Origin: Paraspadella gotoi
Lineage: Eukaryota; Animalia; Chaetognatha
Direction of reading: 5' to 3'
Length of the DNA: 64,000 nt
Assembly: GCA_051294375.1 (NCBI GenBank)
Contig: CM119270.1
Coordinates: 21,597,682-21,661,681, forward strand
Part shown: piece by piece, positions 11,803 to 25,118 of the stretch
How positions within the stretch are numbered: the stretch's first letter is position 1
Layout: each line of letters opens with the position of its first letter
The notes under the pieces: model-generated
Seen by the model: only the letters and a program-made list of their open reading frames with translations
Database searches by the model: none
Told to the model about the DNA's origin: nothing
Program-made: the position numbers and the translations under genes

Positions 11803-11996
11803 CCCAAATGCACCTGTGGTATTCTGGACGCAATCTCCGAGCAGATGCAGGCATCCGTGGTCAGAGTGTTTGTTCCCGTTGCCGCCGTAGAAGGCGCCAC
11901 GTGTCTTGATCGTGAATCCCATTGGACATTTGAGGGTCAGTTGACGGACGCCGGTAGATGCCGTGCAGACGGAGGTGGATTGGGGCTGACCCAAGG
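11803..11996 (-). CDS. Exon: N-terminal half of SUEL/rhamnose-binding lectin domain
   Basis: Pyrimidine tract plus CCCCACAG acceptor, donor GTAGGA. Translates LGQPQSTSVCTASTGVRQLTLKCPMGFTIKTRGAFYGGNGNKHSDHGCLHLLGDCVQNTTGAFG, with the LxCPxGxxI...A(F/N)YG motif. Confidence 0.8.
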
Positions 11997-12716
11997 CTGT
12001 GGGGAGTGAGAGCGAGAGAAAGAGGGAACAGAAAGAGGGGGAGAGAGGGAACAGAGAGAGGGAGGGGAAGGGGAGGGGAATGAGAGGGGAAGGGGAGGGG
12101 AATGACAGGGGAAGGGGTGAAAATATGGACAAATGTGCTCCTTTTAAATTCTTTTTTTGAATGTGATTTAAATGCACATACAATTTGTAAATTGGCTTTA
12201 TCACTTTAGCGTATTTTTAGCACGTTTCCTGACATTATATAAAAGTGCTTTGGTTTTAATTTATTCTTTTAATCTAACTTACATCTGACTGATCTCTTGA
12301 GTTTATTTATTAAGTATATTTATTAAAAAAAGTGTATTTATTAACTTTACTTAATTGATCATACATCTGACTGATCTCTTAAGTTTATTCTCGAGAAACG
12401 ATTAATGTTTTACTTTCTCTTTCCTTCTCGAGTTCCTTTTTTTCGAGACGAAGTCTAAAAAGCAATCAACATTTCAGTCAAAACTCTTTTATATTCCGGG
12501 GAACCTTTTTCTCTTCCAAATAATATGGCAGTAAAAAATGGGGAGGAAAGGGAGGAAAGGAAAGGAAGGAAAGAAAAGTGAGAAAAGAAGGAAAGAAAAG
12601 AAAAGAGAATAAACGAGGGAAAGAGAAAAAGATGTAAATAAAAGGAAAGACATAAAAATGAAAAAAAAAGAGAATGAGAAGGAAAACAAGAAAGAGAAGG
12701 AAAACAGTTGGGAAAA

Positions 12717-12767
<51 letters not shown>

Positions 12768-12872
12768 GCGGCTCCATCGAATTGACTCAGGGAGTTTATA
12801 AGGGCAATCAAGGTGGAGGAGAGACTGGTTTATGGTGAGATAAATTGAAAGGAAAGGATGGGGAGAAAGAGA

Positions 12873-12928
<56 letters not shown>

Positions 12929-13177
12929 CCAAAGTAGTAATCGTAAATGGGTCTCAAACATGATGAAGAGCTTAAAAACGGAGGTGGGAATTCTAACGTT
13001 ATTGAAGTAAAGAGAGAGGGAGTGATATTTCAATGCAACTTCCGACTCTCTCTCTCTTTCTCTTTTTCTATCTTTTTCTCTATTTCTTTCTCTGTCTCTC
13101 TCAATCTCTATCTCTCTCTCTCTCTCCTACCTCCCCTCTCCATTTCTCCCCCGATATCTTTCTCTCTCTCTCTTCCC

Positions 13178-13270
<93 letters not shown>

Positions 13271-13273
13271 CAC

Positions 13274-13352
13274 CTTTCGTCTTTTGTCGAAAAGCGACTA
13301 CGACATAAAGAGACCGAAAAAGTTGCGGTCGGAGAATCGACGCCAGACGCAT
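13274..13352 (-). CDS. Tentative first coding exon of the lectin gene
   Basis: ATG...MRLASILRPQLFRSLYVVVAFRQKTK-g|GTGGCG ends in phase 1, compatible with the 11996 acceptor. The donor is weak and the signal-peptide character is poor. Confidence 0.3.
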
Positions 13353-14570
13353 GGAATGGCATGGCGAGGTGACATGGTCTGGGGTGACATGCTCTGAAAT
13401 TCAATTGTTATGGAATGAAACATAGTGGCATGGAGTAGCATGGCGTGGAATATAATTATGGCATGCTAGGTGCCATTGCTTCATGACATGGTTTGCCAAT
13501 AATCCCGATGGCCTTTTAGCTAAAGTGTGCCGAGCGTTATTGAAAATAGTTCGTAATAATTGAATTTAGATATTAGGCATTACGGATATAAGTTTATTAC
13601 AACTCCCAGTGGCCCACCATAAAAAGCCAACGATGTCTTTGACAAAGACTTTGTCGTTGTTTTTTGGCCTCAGATTAAAGAATATTAATATTAATTTGGA
13701 TGATTTTCGGGGTCTGACGGGGAGAGTCATACTTAGAAGTTAGAAAAATGTTAAGTTCAATTTTAGGGGATGAATCACTGAAAAACTCTATTGGTGAATC
13801 ACGATGTATCTCATGGGAATGTCACAGAGAAACATCATACTGCTTACATCATACTACTTACATCATACTCCATAGGAAAACGTTATGGAAATTTCATACT
13901 GAAATACCTTTTGAAAACATAATGTAATTTTCTAACTGAGAAAGAAATTGATTTTTGAATATTGAGATGAACTCAATTGAAAATTAACTTGAATTTTTAT
14001 TATACAAATTCTATGAGAAACAAACCAACAAAACAAAAAAAACTGCGTTGACTAAAAACTGAGAAAACGTTGCGAAGGAAAATAATCTTAAGCCAAAGTG
14101 GATAAAAGTTTTTTTCGTCGTCAAGGTAACCGCGTGTGAGACGGGTATTGAGAATGAAAGGGAGATGGAGAGGGAGACAAAGAGGAAGAGGGAGAGGGAG
14201 ACGAAGAGGGAGAGAGAGAGAGAGACCAAGAGGGAGAGGGAGACAAGTTGAAAATTGAACATGCAAAGGCCATCTTTATTTCTTTCATGTTATAAAATAT
14301 CTTATTTAAACATAAAACCATATCATAGTCCCAGTGATGGTATTACCCATTATATTCGTAAGTAATAAACTGCCATAAGAAATGATTTATCACTTTCAAG
14401 TCGGATAATCTGTCACAGCATTTATCACTTTTAAGTCTGATAATCTGTCACAGAATTTGATCCGAATTCGCTTATATACTCGCGGAAACGTGATAACCTG
14501 TCATAATCGTGTGCCAACTTATGATAGTCTTCAGGGTTGTGACAGCCACACCCCGCCCTTTCACTTATCG

Positions 14571-14700
<130 letters not shown>

Positions 14701-15418
14701 TTGCCAAAAAATCCTCATCCTTTTTCTCATCTTATCTTCTCTTCATAAGTTTTACTGTTCAAATACTAGTAATTAATATAGTGTTTTTAAAATGTTATAC
14801 AGATATTTTCACATATTTCCTGCGATGATAGTAATTTCTTAACTTAGTTGTTTAAAAAAGTCAGTTCTTGTCTTCACAATGCAATAAATATTAATATATG
14901 GTTTGACAGTTGTTATATTACTCACTATTAAGAAGCCTCTTTAGAGTTTAAATGTTACATTAATTATATTACATTCGATTAAAAAGGGAATTAACTTATA
15001 AAAGTTTGTCTCTTTGATCCCCGGTCCTGGACGAAGACATGACCATGTTAAGCTCGAGGCGTCGCTACGTCATGAAGCCTATTAATTGGTTTATGAGTTC
15101 AGAAAAAAAGAATTGGTTCCTTTCTATTTGAGATGCGAATCCATGAATAAATGAAGCGAAAGGGAAAAAGAAAAAAAAAAAGAAAAGAAAAGAAAAAAAA
15201 GAAAGAAGAAAATAAATAAAAAGAAATAAAAAGGAAAAAGAAAAGAAAGAAGTAAAGAAAAAAGAAAAGAAATAAAAAGGAAAAGAAAGAAGAAAAGAAA
15301 AGGAGAAGATTAAAAATGAAAAGGACGATACGAAAAAAGCGAAGAGGATAAATTAAATCCAATCTGGAACAAGCACCTGCTCAATCGATTCAATTTATTG
15401 GCAATAAATCTAAACAGC

Positions 15419-15478
<60 letters not shown>

Positions 15479-16519
15479 TAAATATCAACTGCCTTTCATC
15501 ATTTTCAATGACGACCAATTTTATCCAATATTTTTCTCCAATCAATATTTTTTTGGTTAGAAATTTTTATTCCTCATATTTTTTTTTGGTTAGATTTTCT
15601 GACATCAAGTTTCCTTTGCCAGTTTGCAATTATTTTAATGCAATGAAACTCTTATTAATAAGCAGCTCTACGATAACTACGACACTACGAACGATTACTA
15701 TGTTTGAAGGTAAAGTCACTTTCGTTGCTAGGCAACGACCCCAAAATCCCCCGCCTTCATTTTCCACAATTCATCTTCCTTCATTCGTTTTCAACTTTCA
15801 GTTTTCCAATTGTCAATTTTCATCATTAATTTCAGGCCACATTTTTTTCATCAGCGAGGAAATTAGAGGCAAAAAAATTAAAAATGGATTTTTTGTTGGC
15901 GCCAGACGAGAACGTCGTTGCTATGTGGAAAAGGAGGGAAGAGGCCGGGGGAAGAGGCCACGGAGAGAGGCCAGATGGCAACGTCGAAGTAACGTGGAAA
16001 GGGGGACGGAAGCCTGGGGAAGAGGCCACGGAAAGAGGCCTTTAAAAAAATAGGCCTTAAAAAGAAAAGCCATGAAAAAGGGCCAAATAACGCAAAAAGA
16101 AGGAAGAGGCCACAGAAAAAGGGTACAGCAAAAAGGTCTTCAAGAAAGAAAGGCCAATGGAAGGAGGCCAGATAGACACACAAAAATAGGAAAGAGGCCA
16201 TGACAAAAGAATACAGGAAAAAAGGCCAAAGAAAGGGGCCAACTAAAAAGAAAAAAATTTGGAAAGAAGCCAGGGAGGAAGAGTCTCTGAAAAAAGGGAG
16301 GCCATAGGAAGAGGCCAGGAAAAAGTGGGGCCAGGAAGCGAGCGGAAGGAAAATGAATCAAAAAGATGAAAAATGAAAAAGAACGACGACACAATAGACA
16401 ACAACAACAAAAACGACAACAACAACAAACAGAAGTCATCCATGAAATAAAAAATCACAAAAAAAATGAAATCCTGTTTAGATGGAGTTGTGACGGTGAG
16501 TTTTGTTCGAGAATAAAAC

Positions 16520-16634
<115 letters not shown>

Positions 16635-16835
16635 CTTTTTTCGATACGGAGAGGGTACAAAGGTGGGTTCAATCAAAACCAAAAAAAAAATAAATAAAAA
16701 AAATAAAAAGAAATAAGTTCGACTGAGACGCAGATGTTTTTTCTGTTTCGTTTTTCTGTTTTTTGTTTTTTTTTGTTTTCTACTTTTTGACTTGAGTTTA
16801 TTGGAAATTGAAAATTCGAAGGTGAAGTAAAAGGA

Positions 16836-17470
16836 TGAGAGAATGATAGAATCAGTGAATGAGAGAATGGGAATAAGAATGAGAGAATGAGAAAATGAGA
16901 GAATCAGTGAATGAGAGAATGAGAATAAAAGAATGAGAATGAGAGAATGAGATTGATAATGAGATTGAGAATGAGAGAATGTGAGAATGAGAGAATCAGT
17001 GAATGAGAGAATGAGAATATGAGAATGAGAGAATGAGAATGATAGAATGTGAATGAGAATGAGAGAACCAGTGAATGAGAGAATGAGAATGAGAGCATTA
17101 GAGAATCAATGATTGAGAGAATGAGAATGAGAGAATGAGAATGAAAGAATGAGAATGAGAGAATCAGTGAATGAGAGAATCAGTGAATGAGAGAATGAGC
17201 GAATGAAAATGAGAGAATGAGAATGAGCGAATGAGAATGAGCGAATAATAATGAGAGAATGAGAATAAGAATGAGAGAATCAGTGAATGAAAGAGTGAGA
17301 ATGAGAGAATGAGAATGAGATATTACAAATGAGAGATTGATAATGAGAATGAGATAATCAGTGAATGAGAGATTGAGAATGAGAGAATGAGAAGAATGAG
17401 AAGAATGAGAATTAGAGAATGAGAGAACGAGATTGAGAGAACGAGATTGAGAATGAGAGAATGAGAATGT
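16836..17470. repeat. Degenerate (GAGAAT/GAGAGAAT)n simple-repeat tract
   Basis: Direct reading. Confidence 0.9.
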
Positions 17471-17811
17471 AAGAAAGATGGAATGAAGAAAGAATGTAAG
17501 AATATAAGAATGCGAGACATGAAGAATGTTCAAATTGAGATGAATTGATTTTAGAATGCAAAACGGAATGCCATGGAATGCAAAGGTAAAAGATTAAGAA
17601 GGCAAATTGGAGGAAAAGGGGAGGATGCGGGGCTGGTTAGCAGGGCGTGATAAGATTTGTTAGCAGGGCTGAGAAGTGATTGAACTCATTAGGCGGCCTG
17701 AGTAGTGATAATACTTGTTATCAGTGTTCAGAAGTGATAGGACTCGTTAGAAGGGCAGTTTATCAGATGACAGAGTGAAGAAAGAAAGAAGACGTAATTT
17801 GATTGTTAAAA

Positions 17812-18160
17812 GTGGACAAAGCGGACAAAGCAGCGGAAGCGGACAAAGCAGCGGGAGCGGACAAAGCAGCAGAGGCGGACAAAGCACCGGAAGCGGAAAA
17901 AGCAGCGGAAGTGAACAAAGCAGCGGAGACGGACAAAGCAGCAGAAGTGGACACAAGGCAGCGGAAAGCCGGACAAAGCAGCGGAGGCGACAAAGAAGCG
18001 GAGGCGGACAAAGCAGCGGAAGAGGACAAGCAGCGGAAGCGACAAAGCAGCGGAGACGGACAAAGCAGCGGAGAAGGACAAAGCAGCAGAAGTGGACAAG
18101 GCAGCAGAGGCGGACAAAGCAGCGGAAGCGGACAAAGCAGCGGAAGCGGACAAAGCAGCG
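17812..18160 (+). repeat. 18-bp minisatellite, ~19 copies (GCGGACAAAGCAGCGGAA)
   Basis: Direct reading. Translates as ADKAAE, GQSSGS or SAALSA depending on frame, with frameshifts inside the array. Confidence 0.92.
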
Positions 18161-18571
18161 TTAGCGGACGGAATCGAGAAATCGCGTTTAATCAACGAAG
18201 GCGTCGCCGTCGTGAATTCGCGAGCGGACGGGGGTCGGCTGCAGCGGCTGCAGCGGCTGCAGCGGCCGGTTCTGCTGCTGACAGGTGACAGTCAGTGACG
18301 GAGGTGAAGGTGAGAGGATGTGATTTGGTTGAGATAATAAGGGAATCAGGTGAGATTTTTTGTGAAACTCTGGTCAGATGTGAATTCGAGTGAAGATCGG
18401 ATCTTCGGATCGGCGATAATGACAGATACATGACGACATCTACAATTGTCAATTGTCAGCACTTTTTGGTAAAGATGACAATGAGTTGAGAGATGATAAA
18501 GTAGTGACCCTGTCGGCGAATTCAAGCGACCGTGGCAACGCGTCGACGACCGTGACAGCTGCGTCTTTTTC

Positions 18572-18614
<43 letters not shown>

Positions 18615-19126
18615 GCGAGTTTTTTTGATTGAAAAATCTGTGATTGTGAGTCTGTGAGACTGGAGGTGAAAAGGTGAGACCGGAGCGAGAAAAGAAAAAG
18701 GAAAAAAAAAGGAGGAAAGAAAAAAAAAGGAAATGAGGAACGAAGGAAAAGGATAAAAAAAGGAAAGAAAAAAGAAAACAATAAAAAAAGGAAAAAAGAA
18801 AGAAAAAAGGAAAAAAGGGGAAAAAAAAGGAAAGAAATGGTTTTTTGATTCGTGAATATTTTATTTCACAATTATTTTTCTCTCTTGGTTTTTTTTTTTT
18901 TTTTAGTCGTGAAACGAAATTTCGATGTGAAGGAAACAAAATGAATAAATCAAAGAAAAAAATTCAAGATTGATTTTATTTTGATGATGATGAAATCTTT
19001 TTATCACTAAAACTTTTTATCACTAAAACTTGGTTAAAGGTCAATCCAACCATTGGACACGTGGAGAAGTGGCTATTTGGGCTGCAGAGTGCAGAGTGCC
19101 ACCCACAATTTGTATAACCAGGTCTC

Positions 19127-19321
19127 GCAGCCATAGAATGGTTCCTGGGCTTCGAACCAGGTTCGATGGTTTTATCAGGCGGCTTACGGTCGTCCTCTCT
19201 ATTCACGGTGGGTAAATACCACTGGGTATCGATCCTAGTACCTGATGATCATGAGCTGATGGATTTACTCAATGAGTAACCGGCTTGTAGGCGGGGTCAA
19301 CATATAGTATTGCCTGACTAC
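19127..19321 (+). mobile_element. Interspersed repeat family copy (SINE body or LINE 3' end, unclassified)
   Basis: Shares GCAGCCAT.GAA.GG.TCCTGGGCTT, CATGAGCTGA.GGA.TTACTCAATGAG, GGCGGGGT.AAC and TGCC.GACTAC with 60232-60427. A partial reverse-complement copy lies at 25801-25829. Confidence 0.7.
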
Positions 19322-20044
19322 GTGACTCTAGTAATGAAAGGATTTTCATCTGATTCTTTTGAGTTAAAGACAAAAAGAAAAAAAAAGAAAAAAAGGGAAA
19401 AAAAGAAAAACAGGAAAAAAAAGGGAAAAAAAGAAAAAAAAAGAAAAAAAGAAAAAAGGAAAAAAGATGGTTGGGATTTGGAAATCTCGTGAGTCGCGGA
19501 TTCTGTTGCCAGAGACGAGGGTGAACGGAAATAGTTTCACTGTGAAAAATCACGAGTTTGTATCTCTGTCTCTGTCTCTCTCTCACTCTATCTCTCACAC
19601 ACCTGAGGCCGACGATAAGCGAAAGAAGGAATTAAATGTGACGAAATTCATTCGCGTGAATTTGTTTCACTAATTTCTTCACAGATTATTTGTGAATTAA
19701 ATATTTCCATGAAGGATGAAAGTTGGGGATTTGAGATTAGCGGATTAAGGGTTATAGATTAAGTTATATATTTGGTTAGAGCTTAAAATTTTGACTTAAA
19801 ATCAAGTTTATGGATTAACGAACATAAATGAGGCGTTTTTGGAAAATAGTACAGTTTTTTCTAAATTAATATAAACATGCAGAAGTATCATGACAAGCCA
19901 TGACATGACATGTCAGGTCATGATATTAGATGACATGTCAGGTCATGACATCGAAAAAAAAAAAAAAATTTGCGTCTGACATAAAAGAAAGTTTTTCGTC
20001 CAAAAGGGAGATTAGGGAGATCATATTCCATATGACCCCTTTGC

Positions 20045-20152
<108 letters not shown>

Positions 20153-20262
20153 AAAAGCGAGAATGAAATATATGAGTGGGAGTGTCCAACTGAGCGATTC
20201 CGATTTTGAATGGCGAGCGCGTCAAGGGAAAGGGGAGCTGGCGTTTTGTGTGGCGAGGTCAT

Positions 20263-20299
<37 letters not shown>

Positions 20300-21483
20300 C
20301 TTTTTCTCTCTCTCTATCTCTCACTCTCTCTCACTCTGCCTCACTCTCTCCCTCTCTATCTCTCTCTCCCACCCCACCCAAGCGTCAATATCGCGAATTG
20401 GGTCTGTTTGCCATAACAAAGATTCGGTAAATTATGTTTAATGGAAACTGGAACCGGGGCAGTTATGGCCGCGGCTGGCGGCGACTTGCGGCGGCAGCGG
20501 CGGGCGGCAGCGACAGCGGCAGCGGCGGAATGAATGGAACAGAGGGCGAAGGCGGTGGTGAAGGGGGGAGGTGGGGGGGAGATCGTTCGATTGATATTTT
20601 TAAGAGGAGAGAGAACTTTTGATGATAAATGTTTAATGATAGATTATCATTCAATGATAGATGTTTGAAGACGGACGATCATTTGATGTCAGAGATTCGA
20701 GGGTTAATGATAAATGATGATAAATTCGATGATAAATTCGATGATAAATTCGAGGGTTGATGATAAATTTTTCATGATGGAAATTAATTGAAGAACATTT
20801 TGAGCTGGTGAATGGATTAAAAATTGGACAGTACGGTGTGGGTATGATTGTGGGAGACTTTTGGGCATGAGTGCGGGTAAGATGTGGAAAAAGTATTAAG
20901 GTCGAGTAAGTGGGAGAGATTCTTGGCTGATGTGGACGAGTCTTTCCGCGAGGTATTTGTGTGAGGACATGTATGTGTGAGGGCATGAATGTGCGTGAAA
21001 CACTGAGGAATGTTAATTGTATCAGCAAGGTTGAGTCAACTTGTGGGTTTATTTGTGGGCGATTATGTGTTTTGTGGACAAAAAAATTAAAGGGAGAGAG
21101 GGAGTCTTAGCTTTTCGAGACGAAGACTTTAAAAGTCACAAATTGTGAATCGTAAAAGTTTCGCGTGAATCAAAAAAAAATCTTTGTTCTTTTCTTTATT
21201 TTTTTTCCTCTCGAACTTCTAACCGAATATATCTTGTCAAAGAGTATCCTCTCTCTCTCTCTCTCTCTCTCCTCTCTTTCTCTCTCTCGTCGAGTCTTCA
21301 TCTCATCTCCTCTCGTTCTCTCAATCTTCTCCTCTCTCTCTCTCTCTCCTCCTCTCTCTCCTCTCACACACACAACACCACACCCACATCAAAATGATTA
21401 CCATTATTATTTTTTAATCCTTAATTTCGTTTTTCTTCTTTTTTTTCAGTTGACGATTTCGTTTTGTAAATCATCAGCAAATC

Positions 21484-21570
21484 ACGACTCTATAATTAAC
21501 TTTGTCGGTCCGTCGGTCCGCCCCCTCAATCTTGTCGGGCAGTCACTTATTTCATGTCAAACATAGAATT
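21484..21570 (+). mobile_element. Degenerate HINE/DINE-1-like fragment
   Basis: CGACTCTATAA...CTTTGTCGGTCCGTCGGTCCG matches the reverse complement of the terminal region of the elements at 39.7-40.0 kb and 51.2-51.5 kb. Confidence 0.5.
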
Positions 21571-24315
21571 AAGATAAAATATGCAAAAAAAGATGACCGT
21601 CCGTTTGTCTGTCTGTCCGTCCGTTTGTCTGTCTGTCTGTGTGTGGGTAGGTAAGTGTGTGATTGAGCTGGATATGGTATTTCGATGGAATCGTGCGAGT
21701 GGAAATGAGCTTAAGTAGAAAAAACAAAAAACCTCTTTCACTAAGTGATTATGCTTTTTTCTTTTTATATTAAATGTAATTACAAGATGTATTAATTAAT
21801 CAATTAGTCAATTAATTAATCAATAATTAACTAATCCATCAATCAATTATTCAATCAAGCATATAATTAATTAATTAATTAATTAATTAATTAATTAATT
21901 AATTAATTACCACTAATGACCGTGGGCAGATCAGTCATTGTTTGCTCAAACTTGTTTTTTAATTCTCGTTAAATAAACATAATAAACAAATTGACATTGA
22001 TTTAAAGGGATATTAAAGCAACATTATAAATGTATTGTAATTACGCGACTCAAGAGTAAAATTGAAAAATTAGTTAGACATTTTATCGTTTCCAATTGTT
22101 TTTTTTTATTTATATTTTTAAAATTAAAAATGAGACTAAGTTAAATAATTTCAAACTCATAATTAATATCCAAGATCAAAAAACTAATTTTAAACGCAAC
22201 GAAAATTATTCACGTAAGATTAAACTGCAAGATGCAAATTAGATTCTCGGCTGATTTGACGCAAAAGAAAAAACAACTAGAAAACAAATGGATTTAATCT
22301 GATTTTTCGCTGTCGAATCAATTGAAGCGAAACTAGATTCTTCTTTCTAAATGTTTCGTTTGTTTCGTTTGTCAAATGTTTCCTCATTTTTCTTTTCATT
22401 CCGGCTCTACGATCCACAAGGTGCCTCCGTCGGTCCGTCGGTCCCACCCCAAAATCTGGTCGGTAAGACACTGAGATCATGTCAGAACATCGAATTATGA
22501 TAAATATTTAAAAAAAAAACATATTCCTTTTATTCCTTTCTCTCCCTTCCTCCTCTCTCCCCCCCTGAAAGAAATTCTTTCTTTTCTTTTTTCCTTCAGA
22601 TCGAATTATTTCTTCTTTTTTTTTTCTGTTTCGATTTTCTTTTTTTTTCTCTTCCAATATTTCATCTTTCTTTAATCCGTTTTACTCTGACGAGGGACGA
22701 GGTGGAGGAGGAGGAGGAGGAGGAGGAGGAGGAGGAGAAAGANNNNNNNNNNNNNNNNNNNNNNNNNNNNNNNNNNNNNNNNNNNNNNNNNNNNNNNNNN
22801 NNNNNNNNNNNNNNNNNNNNNNNNNNNNNNNNNNNNNNNNNNNNNNNNNNNNNNNNNNNNNNNNNNNNNNNNNNNNNNNNNNNNNNNNNNNNNNNNNNNN
22901 NNNNNNNAATACTGAGAAGATATTTTAAAGATAGGAAATACTGATGGAAAAAGAGAAAAACAAGAAAAGAAATAGTAAAGTTATAGAGAGAAAAGATATG
23001 GGATGAAAGCAAAAAATAGATCCGATTAAAAACGAAGAAAGAGAAGTTTGAAGCAAGAAATGGGAGGAATGGAGTAAAGATAAGAAGGAAGTGAGATGGA
23101 AAATGAAATAGAGAAAAAAGAGAATATAGAGAAAAGAAAGGAAGGAAGGAGAGGAGGATTAAGAAGAGGAAGACCCCCCCCCTCCTCAGTGAAAAAAAAG
23201 AGTCGTTGCAATTCAGGATGAAATTGATTCTCGCCGTCGTCGTTCGTTCGCCGGAGTCGAATGCTGTGATTTTCCAGTTGTGGAGGTTTGGAAGGCTGAG
23301 AAGAAAGAGAGAGAGTGGCCGGGGGATGAGGTGTCCTCACTGGTGGCCTTCGCTCTTTACGGCGAGGCTCCTCTGAAGAGTCCCTCCCTTCTGACGGGCT
23401 TGTCGGTCGTCCCGTTGGCGTCGGAGGGAGTCGGGGAACGATCTGTAATAAGATGTATCCTTCCCGATTACAAGGGTGATATTATGGCGCATTGGTACTA
23501 ATGTGGATATAACCCTCCCTTTCGTCTTTGGCGAGTGAGAGTACCGGCTCCACGTTTTTAGGTGGAGGAGAGAGTAGAGACANNNNNNNNNNNNNNNNNN
23601 NNNNNNNNNNNNNNNNNNNNNNNNNNNNNNNNNNNNNNNNNNNNNNNNNNNNNNNNNNNNNNNNNNNNNNNNNNNNNNNNNNNNNNNNNNNNNNNNNNNN
23701 NNNNNNNNNNNNNNNNNNNNNNNNNNNNNNNNNNNNNNNNNNNNNNNNNNNGGCGAGAGGGGGCGGTGAATGGCCGCCGACGAATCACGTGAGACGGAAT
23801 GAGATGTGAAGAAAAGAAGAACCGGATGTGAAAAAGTTGGTTCGGCGGGAAGAGGGAGGAGCTGAGACCCGGATGTGTGCGAGTCGCGTTTTTTTTTTTT
23901 CGGGCAAGGAATATCTGAGTTTGAGTAGACGAAATAGTGAATAAAAATGGTTCAACCTATAGAAATTATCCATTTAGGAAATAAGCTATCTTGCTCCTTT
24001 CTTTGGACAGGCTATGGTGGTTTAAGTCCTCCATCTCTCTGAGAAGATAATAACATAGCAGGACCCTGAAAGATTTCAGTCAAGCCTCTCACACAGTCTC
24101 GTCCGCTAAATCCCGGCCGGACTGTTTAAATTTTATAAAAAGTTCGCTTCGTTATGAGGAAGAAAATTATGGTAATGAAAGGAGGTCCTCAAGAAAACGT
24201 AAAATAGTTTATGAAGGTCAGATTTAGATTTAGTGAATTGGTCAGATTTAGGGTAGATAAAGGTCGAATTGAAAAGGTTAGAACTTAGGGAGAAAACAAC
24301 AAGAGGGAAGTAATA

Positions 24316-24468
24316 GGCGCAGGAAGACCTAAGACCCGTATGTAAAAGGATTTTGGGCAGAAAGACCAAATACCCGTATGTTAAATGAATTGGCGCAGGA
24401 AGACCAAAGACCCGTATGTAAAAGGATTTGGCGCAGGAAGATCAAAGACCCGTATGTAAAAGGATTTG
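24316..24468 (+). repeat. ~38-bp tandem repeat x4 (GGCGCAGGAAGACCAAAGACCCGTATGTAAAAGGATTT)
   Basis: Units start at about 24316, 24355, 24392 and 24430. Confidence 0.85.
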
Positions 24469-25055
24469 ATCAAGGAAAGACGACGNNNNNNNNNNCGACG
24501 ACGACGATGATGTTTGGCGAATTCGATGACGTCGTTTGGGTCACGTGATCACCGAGTGGAAAGTGGAAAGTAAAAAATTGGAAACTCAAAGGTGAGTGGA
24601 GACATTAATTGAAGTTTGATTGCCTCGTAAAAGTGGATTGAATGAGGGAAAGAAAGAGAAATACAGAATGATAAGAATGATAACAAAGAAAATTGAAATA
24701 GAAATATATAAAAGCAAACAAAAGTCAAAACGAAATAAAATAAAATACAATTATATAAAACAAAATAAATAAAAGAGATAAAATGGAATAGAACAAAGCT
24801 GAGCAAATCGTAATAAAAAAAAAAAAATTGAAGAAAAATTCGAATTTAAAGATTAACCAAACAAAAAAAGAAGATTTGCCGGTTTAAATTTTATTAATCA
24901 CGGACTAAAATGTTAAGTTCTTTTTGTTTTAAATAATTCAATTTATATACATAGCGATTAAAAACATATTTAAACTATATGTACATTTTAATTATATTTT
25001 TTTTATTTCCAATCGTTGATACTCTCTCTCTCTTCTCGTCCCCTCTCTCTCTCTT

Positions 25056-25118
<63 letters not shown>

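Noticed and set aside
21448-21482. Minus-strand CTGATGA...GAAATCGTC hammerhead-like motif
   Set aside because: Stem II and stem I cannot pair convincingly; likely chance.
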